DNA of 64,000 bases from Nemertoderma westbladi. Lineage: Eukaryota; Animalia; Xenacoelomorpha. Location: NCBI GenBank assembly GCA_032718475.1, contig JAUCBJ010006798.1, forward strand, positions 1 through 64,000, read 5' to 3'. Both the position numbers and the translations under genes were made by a program. The notes under the pieces were generated by a model, which saw only the letters and a program-made list of their open reading frames with translations, did no database searches and was not told the DNA's origin. Numbering within the stretch: position 1 is the first letter of the stretch; the number at the start of each line of letters is the position of its first letter. This document shows, one piece after another, positions 36,466 through 49,550 of this stretch.

Positions 36466-39205
36466 GGAAACGAGTGGAAGGGTTTACTGTGGAAGATCAC
36501 CCATGGTGTGGTGAACAGGCATTCCTTTAGGAAACAGAGTGGAAGGGTTTACTGTGGAAGATCACCCATGGTGGTGAACAGGCATTCCTTTATGAAACAG
36601 AGTGGAAGGGTTTACTGTGGAAGATCACCCATGGTGGTGGTGAACAGGCATTCCTTTAGGAAACAGAGTGGAAGGGTTTACTGTGGAAGATCACCCATGG
36701 TGGTGAACAGGCATTCCTTTATGAAACAGAGTGGAAGGGTTTACTGTGGAAGATCACCCATGGTGGTGAACAGGCATTCCTTTAGGAAACCGAGTGGAAG
36801 GGTTTACTGTGGAAGATCACCCATGGTGTGGTGAACAGGCATTCCTTTATGAAACAGAGTGGAAGGGTTTACTGTGGAAGATCACCCATGGTGGTGAACA
36901 GGCATTCCTTTAGGAAACAGAGTGGAAGGGTTTACTGTGGAAGATCACCCATGGTGGTGAACCGGCATTCCTTTAGGAAACAGAGTGGAAGGGTTTACTG
37001 TGGAAGATCACCCATGGTGGCGAACAGGCATTCTTTTAGGAAACCGAGTGGAAGGGTTTACTGTGGAAGATCACCCATGGTGTGGTGAACAGGCATTCCT
37101 TTATGAAACAGAGTGGAAGGGTTTACTGTGGAAGATCACCCATGGTGGTGAACAGGCATTCCTTTAGGAAACAGAGTGGTAGGGTTTACTGTGGAAGATC
37201 ACCCATGGTGGTGAACCGGCATTCCTTTAGGAAACCGAGTGGAAGGGTTTACTGTGGAAGATCACCCATGGTGTGGTGAACAGGCATTCCTTTATGAAAC
37301 AGAGTGGAAGGGTTTACTGTGGAAGATCACCCATGGTGGTGAACAGGCATTCCTTTAGGAAACAGAGTGGAAGGGTTTACTGTGGAAGATCACCCATGGT
37401 GTGGTGAACAGGCATTCCTTTATGAAACAGAGTGGAAGGGTTTACTGTGGAAGATCACCCATGGTGGTGAACAGGCATTCCTTTAGGAAACAGAGTGGAA
37501 GGGTTTACTGTGGAAGATCACCCATGGTGTGGTGAACAGGCATTCCTTTATGAAACAGAGTGGAAGGGTTTACTGTGGAAGATCACCCATGGTGATGAAC
37601 AGGCATTCCTTTAGGAAACAGAGTGGTAGGGTTTATTGTGGAAGATCACCCATGGTGGTGAACCGGCATTCCTTTAGGAAACCGAGTGGAAGGGTTTACT
37701 GGGGAAGAGCACCCATGGTGGTGAACAGGCATTCCTTTATGAAACAGAGTGGAAGGGTTTACTGGGGAAGAGCACCCATGGTGGCGAACAGGCATTCTTT
37801 TAGGAAACCGAGTGGAAGGGTTTACTGTGGAAGATCACCCATGGTGTGGTGAACAGGCATTCCTTTATGAAACAGAGTGGAAGGGTTTACTGTGGAAGAT
37901 CACCCATGGTGGTGAACAGGCATTCCTTTAGGAAACAGAGTGGTAGGGTTTACTGTGGAAGATCACCCATGGTGGTGAACCGGCATTCCTTTAGGAAACA
38001 GAGTGGAAGGGTTTACTGGGGAAGAGCACCCATGGTGGCGAACAGGCATTCTTTTAGGAAACCGAGTGGAAGGGTTTACTGTGGAAGATCACCCATGGTG
38101 TGGTGAACAGGCATTCCTTTATGAAACAGAGTGGAAGGGTTTACTGTGGAAGATCACCCATGGTGGTGAACAGGCATTCCTTTAGGAAACAGAGTGGTAG
38201 GGTTTATTGTGGAAGATCACCCATGGTGGTGAACCGGCATTCCTTTAGGAAACAGAGTGGAAGGGTTTACTGGGGAAGAGCACCCATGGTGGCGAACAGG
38301 CATTCTTTTAGGAAACCGAGTGGAAGGGTTTACTGTGGAAGATCACCCATGGTGTGGTGAACAGGCATTCCTTTATGAAACAGAGTGGAAGGGTTTACTG
38401 TGGAAGATCACCCATGGTGATGAACAGGCATTCCTTTAGGAAACAGAGTGGTAGGGTTTATTGTGGAAGATCACCCATGGTGGTGAACCGGCATTCCTTT
38501 AGGAAACCGAGTGGAAGGGTTTACAGTGGAAGAGCACCCATGGTGTGGTGAACAGGCATTCCTTTATGAAACAGAGTGGAAGGGTTTACTGTGGAAGATC
38601 ACCCATGGTGGTGAACAGGCATTCCTTTGGGAAACAGAGTGGAAGGGTTTACTGTGGAAGAGCAACCATGGTGTGGTGAACAGGCATTCCTTTATGAAAC
38701 AGAGTGGAAGGGTTTACTGTGGAATATCACCCATGGTGGTGAACAGGCATTCCTTTGGGAAACAGAGTGGAAGGGTTTACTGTGGAAGAGCAACAATGGT
38801 GTGGTGAACAGGCATTCCTTTGGGAAACAGAGTGGAAGGGTTTACTGTGGAAGAGCAACCATGGTGTGGTGAACAGGCATTCCTTTATGAAACAGAGTGG
38901 AAGGGTTTACTGTGGAAGATCACCCATGGTGGTGGACCGGCATTCCTTTAGGAAACCGAGTGGAAGGGTTTACTGTGGAAGAGCAACCATGGTGTGGTGA
39001 ACAGGCATTCCTTTATGAAACAGAGTGGAAGGGTTTACTGTGGAAGATCACCCATGGTGGTGAACAGGCATTCCTTTGGGAAACAGAGTGGAAGGGTTTA
39101 CTGTGGAAGAGCAACCATGGTGTGGTGAACAGGCATTCCTTTAGGAAACAGAGTGGAAGGGTTTACTGTGGAAGAGCAACCATGGTGTGGTGAACAGGCA
39201 TTCCT
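36466..39205. repeat. Minisatellite, 63-65-bp unit, roughly 42 copies, partly in a 254-bp higher-order repeat
   Basis: Unit GGTGAACAGGCATTCCTTTAGGAAACAGAGTGGAAGGGTTTACTGTGGAAGATCACCCATGGT head to tail, no spacers. Confidence 0.97.
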
Positions 39206-39625
39206 TGACTTAACGAGCCTAAAATATTATCCCATTCATTACTATTTATTTCAATAACAATAAGTATATGTAAAAATATGTTTGAGAATAACAAAATAAA
39301 ACCAATACAAATGTTACAGTAGTTTGTATTTGGTGAATTTCCAGCTTTGCTTTGCTTTGCAGTAGAGCTGAGGTAAATAGACTATGTATGTATTGTAATT
39401 ACAACAGGTGGATCTATCAGTAAAATTTATAACTCTCATTATTATAAGTTTACTCTACTTGAGGAATTATCGATTTATAGCAGATATTATCTTTACTATT
39501 AGTATTTCGCTCCTATTTAAGTAGTATAATCTAATAATGTCCGAGGCCCGTGCTGGGCGAAGGGCCCACGGATGTGTTCTACTCTAGTGGAGCAGTCTCA
39601 GGGCGGACTAATATTTCTATATTCA

Positions 39626-40302
39626 CTAACTTAAGTTTTGATCCAGTGTCATGATTTCTGAATATACAACATCCAATTGGTCCGGTGTTAGAGGGCAATC
39701 ATACCAACGGGCGTGGCAGATGTATCCAGGGAAACGTTGGGTGTGTGAATGTTCAATTCCCAAAAGTAAAGGAGTTGTTTGATCATAAGCTGATCTTAAC
39801 AAGAATGGATCTCCAGAATAATCTGTTGTCTCAACGACTTCCGTAACAACATTCTTGGAGTAAAGTGTTGTCATTTTATCATCGGGTGTTACACTAACAG
39901 CAACCATATGCCATTCACTGACAGTTACAGCATTTTGAAGTTCCTTACAATAAGCGTCATCCCCAGTTCCAGGATTGTACCACAAGGTAGTACCAATTGG
40001 ATGGTTGAATAAATGAGAACCTCTGAATGCCGCATTGCCAAACTCATATATTGGACCAGATCCACCATTGTTTCTGATAAACGCCACGAACGTGAATGTG
40101 TTTGAGGTAAATTCCAAGTTTGTATGGTCAATTGAAATGTAACTAATAGAGAAATCAATCGCGCCATTGGGATTCCCATTTATTCCATACGGGTAATCGA
40201 AAGGAATTGGAAATATCTCACCATTAAACTTTCGCAATAAGTCTTTCGCCATATAATCCGAATTCAATGGCCAGTGTGCTGCATATTTGCATGATGGTAA
40301 AA
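39626..40302 (-). CDS. Host exon encoding a concanavalin A-like/LamG (pentraxin-like) domain
   Basis: AHWPLN, GAIDF, FTFVAFI, GPIYEF, WHMVAVS, LLLG, F.GYICHARWYD.PLT..QL; phase-1 acceptor TTGTTTACAG; open frame. Confidence 0.8.
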
Positions 40303-40631
40303 CTGTAAACAAGTAAATATTTATTGAGTAATAATATATAAATAATTCATTTCGACTTTTGTGTAATCCAGAACTATTTATGATGACAATGCGCACCGAA
40401 GCACAATTCAAAATGAATTTATCGACCTCTATCTATACTGACTATGAGAAAGCTTCATTCTGGCTAAAGCTGCGTAGCCACGGAATTAGTGGTAGGTTAC
40501 AAAGGTTACAACGTTTTAATAATTTTTTTTTAAGAGAATCAACTCAACACCCCATGTCGGGGTATAATATATTTATATATTATACAGTTATAGCACAAAA
40601 TAAAATAATAATAAATAATAAAATTGCTAGT

Positions 40632-41420
40632 TTACTACTACTAGGTCGAGCGAACTCGGACAGTGGAAATGAGATCCTTCCAGGCTTCCCGATTCTCCAT
40701 AGTTGTCGCAATTTCGTTTCTCCCAAGTTCAGTATCCCTTTCAAGTTGTTCAAGTGATTTAGTCAGTGTCCAGGTCTCACCCCCGTATAAAAATACACTT
40801 TCAACTGTGGCTCGAAAGAACTTAGTCTTCAGGTGCCTGGAAAGATCTGATTTCCAGATGGTATCCATTTTTGATAGAGCTACCCAAGCCTTTGAAGAAA
40901 GAACTTAGTCTTCAGGTGACTGGAGAGATCTGATTTCCAGATGGTATCCATTTTTGATAGAGCTACCCAAGCCTTTGCTTTCCTAACTTCTATGTCCTTT
41001 TTGTTACTTTCTATCCATAATCCAAGGTACTGGAAGTCATCGACCTTCCTTAGTTGATTATTATCAATGGTTGTCAAGTTTCCATCAACATTAAAGGTCA
41101 TGAATTCGGTCTTGGTAGCATTTATATGCAATCCAACCTCCTTAGCAGCCCTCTCCACTTTATTTAGTAGAAGCTGTGCATCTGCTAGCGTATTAGAGAG
41201 CAGGGCGATTTCATCCGCAAAGTCGGTGTCTGTGACTGTAGTTGCCGGATATCTACTGCTTCTGCGTTCTTGAAGTGTGAATCCCAGATCTTCACCCTTT
41301 GTGGCCGTCCTCATTGCGTAATCCAGCACAATTACAAATAGTAATGGTGCTAATGTGTCACCTTGCAGTACGCCAGCCAGGATTGAGAAAAACTCAGTTT
41401 CTCACCATCTGGTGACACAG
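40632..41420 (-). mobile_element. 5'-truncated RTE-like LINE (RT C-terminal half) with an internal ~80-bp duplication
   Basis: GVLQGDTLAPLLF, DFADEIALL, GLHINATKT, FQYLG, VFLYGGETW; (TAG)n tail. Confidence 0.88.
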
Positions 41421-41844
41421 CGACATCTCTCTATCATTCCCATGAAAATCCTAATTTCCTATTCTATAACATTAACCAGGAATTGCAGAATATGACGACT
41501 GCTTGGCAGATAATTGACTGTCCCTCAATCTCACGAAAAAATAATACATCCTTATTACAAACTAATCAATTCTTACAGAAATTTTACAAAATTAAAAATA
41601 ATATAAAGCATAAAATAAAATTTCTGATGCTACTAAATTATTAGGGGTCTCCAAAGCTCTCCAAAACAATGGGAATATTTTACAAACTTAGATACCTATT
41701 TTCCCCCAACAGTATACGCTTATTATATGTTTCGTTGATCCATTCATATAATATTCTCTATGGTATAGTGTTGTAGAGAAATGCATCTAAAAGTTACACT
41801 ATCCCTATAAAAATAAATAAGTTATTACGAACAATAACCTTTAA

Positions 41845-43410
41845 CCCTATTAGTACCGGGCTATAACATGTACAAATACCGGGGGGAGGGGGGGTCATTA
41901 TTGACCTTTCCTTCTAAAATCTACAAATTTTAACAAAGACGTCTGATTTTTTTGTTTGTACGTAGACTACTAGTCCGACTCGGACTCACTCGGACTCGGA
42001 CTCGGACTCACTAGTCCGAATGCTCACAATATATTTGCTGCACCAAAATTACAAGTAGTGAACAATTTTCATAAAAATTGAAGGTTATAATTTTCGTCCA
42101 ATTGTTTTTTTTCAATACACGTTTTCTGGGGCGCAAAATCCATTGGAAAGTGTTTAGAAATGATCCCATTACTATAAATGGCTGTTTCAGTCCTCTCTAC
42201 TTAGGCAAAAAAACGAAAAAAACAAGTAACCAGCACTTTTCAGTTTTAAAATAAAATTTTTAATTCACTTTATACAATGCTATAAATTTAGGTTTTCTGG
42301 GGCGCTGTTTCTAATGGAATACATTTCTAATTTGCCAGAACATTGCTAGGTGTATTTTTCAGCGTAATATGGCAAATTTTGGTGCTATCACCGAACTTCG
42401 TACCCATCACCAATAGTACAAATTGTAGATGTCCTGTCCAGTGCGGTTTTTATTGATTCCATCGGATTCAGGACCCTCATAAACCCGTATAACGCAAGAA
42501 AGAAGATGATACTATCTATTGATCAATTTGCTTATATTCAAAAATTTGGCGCTTGCACAACAATTTCCACCCACCAGCGAAAAATTCAGGTTTGAAAACT
42601 CTTATGGAATTTTTACATATTCCATTAAATTCAGAACCCTTACAAAGCCGTATAACACAAAAAACAAGGTGATTCAATACATTGATTTATTTGGTGGTTT
42701 TCAAAATTTGGTGCTAGCACAAAAATTTTGCACCCACTTCCGAAAAATACAAGTTTGAGATGTCTAGTTATATAATTCCATTGAATTCAGAACCACCATA
42801 AACCTCTAAAACGCGAGAAATAAGTTGCAACAATCAATTTAACTATTGAATGGATTTTTTCAAAATTTCATGCTGGCACCAAATTTTGCACACCGCACCG
42901 AAAAATACAAGTTTAATTGGTGCAAATCGTATATATTCCATCGAAATCAGAGCCCTAATAAACCCCTAATGCGCAAAAAAACATGTTCAAACAATCAATT
43001 TACAAATTTGACATATTTCAAAATTTGGTGCTGGCACCCAAATTGGCACCCGCCGATAAAAACAACTTTGAAATTTCTAAATTTATTTAGATCAATTCCA
43101 TCAAACACCAAAAAACCGGTGTAAATCAAAAATTGAGATGTTACAAATCAAATTGAATGAAATGTAATTTTCAAAAAACGCCTCAAAAAAGTGCCAAAAG
43201 TAGGATTAAAAAATGGTGTCTCGAAAAATTCCCTTCCCAATATTTTTGAAAACCGTTTTCACTATTAGGAAGAAAATAGATTTTTAGGAAAAGTAAAATA
43301 ATTTAAGATTTCCCACTGCGTTTGTTTCAGAATTATAACAAAAAAACCACGGGGGGGGGGGTCATATTGACCCCTCCCCCCCCCCCCCCCCCCCCTGGGG
43401 TTTAATAGGG
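41845..43410. mobile_element. Non-autonomous piggyBac-like DNA transposon
   Basis: TTAA at 41841-41844 and 43411-43414; termini CCCTATTA/TAATAGGG; subterminal GGGGTCA..TGACC motifs at both ends; no transposase ORF. Confidence 0.75.
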
Positions 43411-44073
43411 TTAACCTTTATGAGGCACACTCTAATCCAAATTAAAAATACTCCAAATAGAAACACTTTTTGAGCTAAAAACACCACAATATTTACTATT
43501 TTATTTATTGACATTAATAAAAGAGAAAAACCCAGCCCCCTTTCGAAATTATTCATTAGAATTATTCATTATTCAGTATCCATTCACATTTAAATTGCTC
43601 CGTAGCGTTGGATAATTACCACCCCCCTCTCCGCATCTCCTAGTTCTGACAGATATGAAGGACCGAAAATATATATATATATATAAAATAAGTCAATCAA
43701 TAAAGTAAACTAAAAAGTAAAAATATAAAATAAAATAAACATTCTTTATATATTATAAATTAAAGAGTAGAAGTGATCACACATATTATCTATGCATATT
43801 GGTATATCATTCAGTTACTCAGATTGTCAGTTTTAGTGCAGACCAATAACATTCTTCACCGTCACCAATATCAGTACAGCATACCGGTATCCATCAAATC
43901 TGTACTTCCTCTTTTATTGTGCTATCATTATCAACATTTAGTATATCAAGAGACAACATCGAACTCTCATTATTTTACTACATCAGCCTCGGCCTAGCTG
44001 CTAGCACTATCCCTAAAGCAAAACGGTGATACGTAGTATATTTATCCGGTCGGGATCCCTTGATCAAGTCACA

Positions 44074-44082
44074 GTGAAGAAT
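44074..44082 (+). promoter_or_regulatory. Candidate non-tRNA PBS of D, complementary to 43851-43859
   Basis: GTGAAGAAT after ...GTCACA is the reverse complement of ATTCTTCAC. Confidence 0.5.
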
Positions 44083-46163
44083 TGCCAACTGAACTGAACT
44101 GAACTGTGATTGCCAGACGCCAGAGATAAAGAAAAGATGAGCACAGGAGAACCCCGATTATCAGAGGGAGAGAGGACGCCGCCGCGGACCCCGGACGACA
44201 CCAACCAAACGATCCGCGAGGCCGCGACGAGACAGTATCAATCTGCGACACCGGATTCGCCAACGAGGGACGATCCGGTACCCAAAGTGGAGGGCGGCTG
44301 TCAACCACGAGGGAGAGACGAGTCGACGCACAACGGCGGTCGGAGTACCGAAGTCGCCGGCCAGCCACAGGCCGAGGGCGATGGACGGCCCACTGGAATG
44401 GCGACGGTGGGGCCGCCGGTATGACGCCGAACCAGGAGAGGAGAAGGAGATGTCGGCGAAGAGGACGTCGGGACCAGCGATCGGCTACGACGGGCCTACA
44501 ATGCCACGAAGAAACTGCTAAAGGAGGCCAGAGAGGGAGAGAAGGTAAACCAGGGAAAGTTGAGCCAGTGGCTAGGTGAGTCGAATAAACATTTTCGGTA
44601 TCTAGTTCGTTTTGGGCAGGGAGAACTGGCGAGTGAGAGAGCGAGGGGGGTCGCCACCGAACTATTCGAACTGTGGCGATCCAGGGTTATGGAGCCTGAA
44701 ATAGTGTTCGTAGGGCCGTATTTAGTGGATGCCAGGGGAATTAAGTTAGTGGGTTGGGCGGATCCGCACGAGGGTGAACCCAAGGTTAACCCCGAGGATT
44801 CGGTCTCGTCGGTTAGCGAGATCCCAAGAAATTTGTGTCTTTTAAAAATCGCTTTATGGCTCAAGTGCATTCGAAAGATGTCACTGATGACATCATATTA
44901 CGCCATTTGGTCACCTATGTTAAAGGTGAACCTCTGGACCTCATAGAGCATTTTGAGGGTATGACTAATGGATATCAGCTGGCATGGGAAACCCTAGAAA
45001 AGAACTATGGGAATCCGGCTTTAATAATTAAGGCTGTCATTGAGGATGTCACATGATGTCGCTTTCCCATAGAAACACCTAGAGATGTAAGGAAGTATGC
45101 CCATGATGTGCGACACACTATGGATGTGCTATGGAATTTAAATTGCCCACAGTACGTCAACAACCCCGATTTTATTCAGCGAGTAGCTGTGAACCTTAAT
45201 GATAGGATGAGGTTACGGTGGGCGAGGAGAGTTACTAGGTTTAGACAGGACCAAGGAAGTGACCCAGGACTTAGACAGTTAGTGGCTTTCTTAGAAGAGG
45301 AATCTGACGTCCTAAACTGTCCTATGTATGGTAGGCCAGCCGCTGAATCTATTCTCAGAGAAAGGATGGGGGACAAATTCCATGGTTTTGGGACAAAACC
45401 ATTGCCATTAGCAGGTGACAAGTGTGACCGCCAGGCTGCTCGTCATATTCATCACGTCCCGGAGACACCACGCTTCCCCTCAATCGATGGTAAACAATGG
45501 CTTATGACGTCATTCCATGAGGAACATTGTGTAGTTCCTGAGGTTATGGAGGAACCATCCTTTTCAGAAGCTAGCGGTGTAGATACTGACAACATTGATA
45601 AATTTTCCTGTGAGACTTATGCAGTAAATCCACATCATTCCTGCCAAATGTGTAAGGAGAATCATGGTTTATTTAACTGTCAGCAGTTTTGTGAAATATC
45701 TCCGAGGGCAAGGTGGGAGTTTGTAGTTGAACATAAGCTATGTCTGAGATGTTTGAGACGTGGACATTGGCGTGATGGGTGCAAAGCCCAGTTCCGTTGC
45801 AAGGAGTGTCAGTGACCCCATTCCTCACTGCTGCACCCCGAAAATTTTGAAACAAAGGACACTGATGAGCGACTAAAAAACTTTTATGCAGCGAAACGAG
45901 ACGATGCCTCTTTGTGACTAAAGGATTACTTACCAGATAAGGTAACACAGAGTAGGCCACCATATGGAATATATCAAAGAGTAACAGCTATGGCTACTGA
46001 TCTGATGGACCGCAGAGTCAAGGGGACAGATCAGACTGCTTTAGCTGCGGTATTCCTTAAGGTACTCCCTCTAGCGGTTTCCAATGCCGCAACAGGGGCA
46101 GTACTGACTACATTTGTGCTGCTCGATGACGGTTCTACAGGTACGTTTTTGGATGCCCATGCT

Positions 46164-46388
46164 GCCCAGCTGCCCAATTTCACACAAATTAATTAAAGCT
46201 TATATTTGTCACGGTATTTTGCCTGTCAGTTAATGTACCGTCATTTTAATATTATCTGTCCATTTGGCTATTGTTTTGTTTGTTTTTGTTACATTGTTTT
46301 CCATTGTTACGTCTCTTCTTGTCAGTTGCTTGTGGCTATTTACTGGTAATTTTTATCGTCAATAAACTTAATAATAATAATAATAATA
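46164..46388 (+). mobile_element. Short non-LTR retroelement 3' end inserted in the protease of D
   Basis: T-rich UTR-like sequence, AATAAA and a (TAA)n tail; flanks rejoin as DAHA|AKCLDM. Confidence 0.55.
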
Positions 46389-47103
46389 GCGAAGTGTTTA
46401 GACATGAACTTACAGGCGCTAAATATTTCAATTAATACTGTACTTACTAAGGATGAAACCAGAACTGTTATGCAGAGTAACTGTCGAGTATCATCAGTAA
46501 TGCCAAACACCGACATGGTTCTGGCGCTAAATGGACTAAGTTTGAGGTATTCTAGACCGGGGTCGTGGACTCTAGAACAACTGTCTTATTTGAGGGACAT
46601 AGACCTAACATATCCAGAAGTGGATGTTGACAAGATTTCCATGATTGTTGGCTTAAATAATCCATTGGTGCACAAAACACTTGAGGAGGTGTGAGGTCCA
46701 ACAGATTATGACAAGTTGCACAATCCTCATGCAGTTAGAACACCTTTAGGTTGGACATTAGCAGGTCCCATTACATCAACTGTGGCAAACTCATGCTTGG
46801 GCTCGAATGAAAATTATAAGGCATCTGCTGATTCATCCCCTCGCATACGAAATGGCTCAGTAGCTCAACCTCTTCAATTATTAGGAGCATCAACTAATTT
46901 TGCTGGTACAATAAGGATAAAGTCTTTGTATATCGTATAGACTGTTGTCCCTGGAGGGGAGACAACAGAATGGACGACGAAATAACATCGGACTTGATGA
47001 CTAAGTATTTTGACTCAGAAGCATTTTATTGTCCATCTAAAATGCAGACCAAATCAGTAGAGGATCGCAGGTGTGAGGAAATTTTAGACGCCACTACAAC
47101 CTT

Positions 47104-49282
47104 TGTTAAACAACCTACCCCTGTACTAACTGCAGAACCGCTAAAACATACAAAGACGTGCTTTACTGTTAAACTAGCGGGTCCCTGCCTAACCAATAAA
47201 GACACAAAGACTGCTCTACTGTTAAACAGGGGTAATCAGGAGCGTGTTATTACTAATGTAGGGCTGCTAAATACAAAACCGCTACTCACCGTTGGATGGC
47301 GCTAATCTGCCGTCCGCTAATATATTTTACTAATTTTCTACGGCTCCTGCTAATCGCTTGTTCCTTTCTCTACCGATCACTCGATAGAGAGCTAACTGTT
47401 CGAACAAATGAGCCACGCGGGAATAACCAAAACAATAAACCCGAATCGGCTCCCTAAGCTTACTTAAAACGAGTGTGAGAGGCTTTACACTCTGAGTATA
47501 TTCTTATGGCATAATCTTACTGTTAAAACGCGCTAATAATTACGTCTTTTCTAATCTAATCTAATCGCGTCTAATCGCAAAGACTGGGGTTCCCTAACGG
47601 AATGTGTGAATGTGAGAATATTTAAATAATCATATTTTATTTGCAGTGTTTATTAGGGCTAATACCTACAGTGGGACTAAACTTGCCTACGGCTGGCTTT
47701 AGGCCAGCAAATTACTAATGCGTGTTGCGTACTGCATACTGCGATCTAACTTATTGTCCGCTAATTAAATAACCGCCCAGCGTGAATAGTGTACTGTACT
47801 CCAAATTAATACCTTAACTACTCTCCGCTATGCTGCGTACAAATTCTTAATTTTACTAATTAATTACAGTCACAAATATGTTACAGCATACTAATTACTA
47901 AGTATTCCAGAATGCGCAATTCTAATTTATTACGTAACTGGTTATACTAGTAACAGTCTAAATACCGTATTACTTTCGACCTAATCAGTAATTATTTACA
48001 GTAAACTAAGAAATAGAAATCAATCAAAGGGGAAAAGAGCACCTATCCAAACATTCGTGATTTATTAGGCACACTTTAGTAACACACCAATCAGCGTAAC
48101 AATCAATATTTTATACTTACCAATTTAGTTCCTAATGCACAATTCTCAATTAGCGATCAACAGTTCACAACTCGCAGTCTACTACTCAGCTCGCAATGCA
48201 CAATCCACAATTCGCAATTCGCAATGTAAGGCACGTAGGCCTCTCCCGAGTACATCTAGGCTTCCTAACTAACCCGATTCCTGCCCCACTAATACTACAA
48301 AATAGAGACAAAATCTGGATCATCAGCCCCTAACTATTGTACCAACGAGCGGTCTCCACTCTACACTGCAAACTGCCCGACCGCAACGCGACCTTCCCGC
48401 CAGCATTGCCCGCCCTTGAATTACTACCGTAACGGAACATGCAAATCACAAGTCTGACAGTCTAAGAAAATCCGGTAGGATTATTGCATAGAAAGGAATC
48501 ACGTAGAACCATTAACTAAAGGGTAGAAATCATAGTTCCAGTTGTAATTGACAGTAATCATTGGGATTGATTGAGAAACACAAGCAAGAATAATCAAATT
48601 AGCGAATCATTGCAAGAAATAATCGAAAAAGCAGAAAATACAAAATTTACAACGAATTACGCACAAAATGTACTTAGGTGAGGTGGGAGAAAGTAGAACA
48701 GCACTGCAAGCTAGCTAGAGACTGGACTGGTGTGTGTTGTACATACCGGCAAAACGCCAATTTATAGGTGATTCGAGAGGGATGATGCAATCGTTCTCTC
48801 ATTGGCTCCCCAATCCGAGCTATCATTAGACCAACTTGGAAGCAGTTAGGCCAATAAGAAAGCCGGATCGTGAACCTATTGCTCCTAAAATCCACAATTC
48901 GTCACCATATAAGGTTATTTTGCCGATGCTTAATTTAGCGGTACTAATAACATGATGCACAAAGGTTAATTTAGCGCAATTATAGAGAAAATTAAAACCA
49001 ATAGCTAGCCCCATCAAGGCTAATAACAGCAAGCCCATATCCAGGGTCCAGCAGGAAACTTGCTACCCTGGAACTATCTACTTATATCCTATTACAAAAC
49101 TACATAGGTAGGGCTACATACTATACAAAATGGATGAATTCAAAATATATGGGCGTTTTATTTTCCTTATCTAAATGTCACTGCGATATTATGTCTTATC
49201 TAAATAATTATACTGCATAACGGACTAATATATTATACTGTATAACGGACTAATATATGTATACAGCGCATATACCGTAACA
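47104..49282 (-). repeat. 3' LTR of E (2179 bp, TGTTA...TAACA)
   Basis: 5-bp terminal inverted repeat; aligns with 62862-64000; PPT adjacent. Confidence 0.85.
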
Positions 49283-49550
49283 CCGCTCCAAGGGAAAACA
49301 TGCAATGTTTCCCTCCAATTGTAGAAGAGTATAAGGCGATATATACAAACAAAATAAATTCGCTTCCAAATAATCTAAATAACTATAATAATTCTATTAT
49401 ATTATATGCATATATACATATATTGCATAATGGATTGCATACAAATTAAATTTACAAAATATTATTTCCTTCAATGTTAACGATTATTACATACAAATTA
49501 AATTTACAAAATATTGTTTCTCGTTTGTTCTACATAATGATTACACTTTT

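Larger units (their letters stand above)
43656..47103 (+). mobile_element. BEL/Pao element D, 5' part (LTR ending 44073, decayed gag-protease), interrupted by E; left boundary uncertain
   Basis: Gag motif YQLAWETLEKNYGNP, CQMCKENH..C, CLRC..GH..C, LLDDGST protease, AVRTPLGW, pre-RT SVEDRRCEEILD; LTR end GTCACA like A. Confidence 0.8.

Noticed and set aside
36466-39205. CRISPR array or repeat-protein CDS
   Set aside because: Units are head to tail with no unique spacers, the context is eukaryotic, and 65-bp units break any reading frame.
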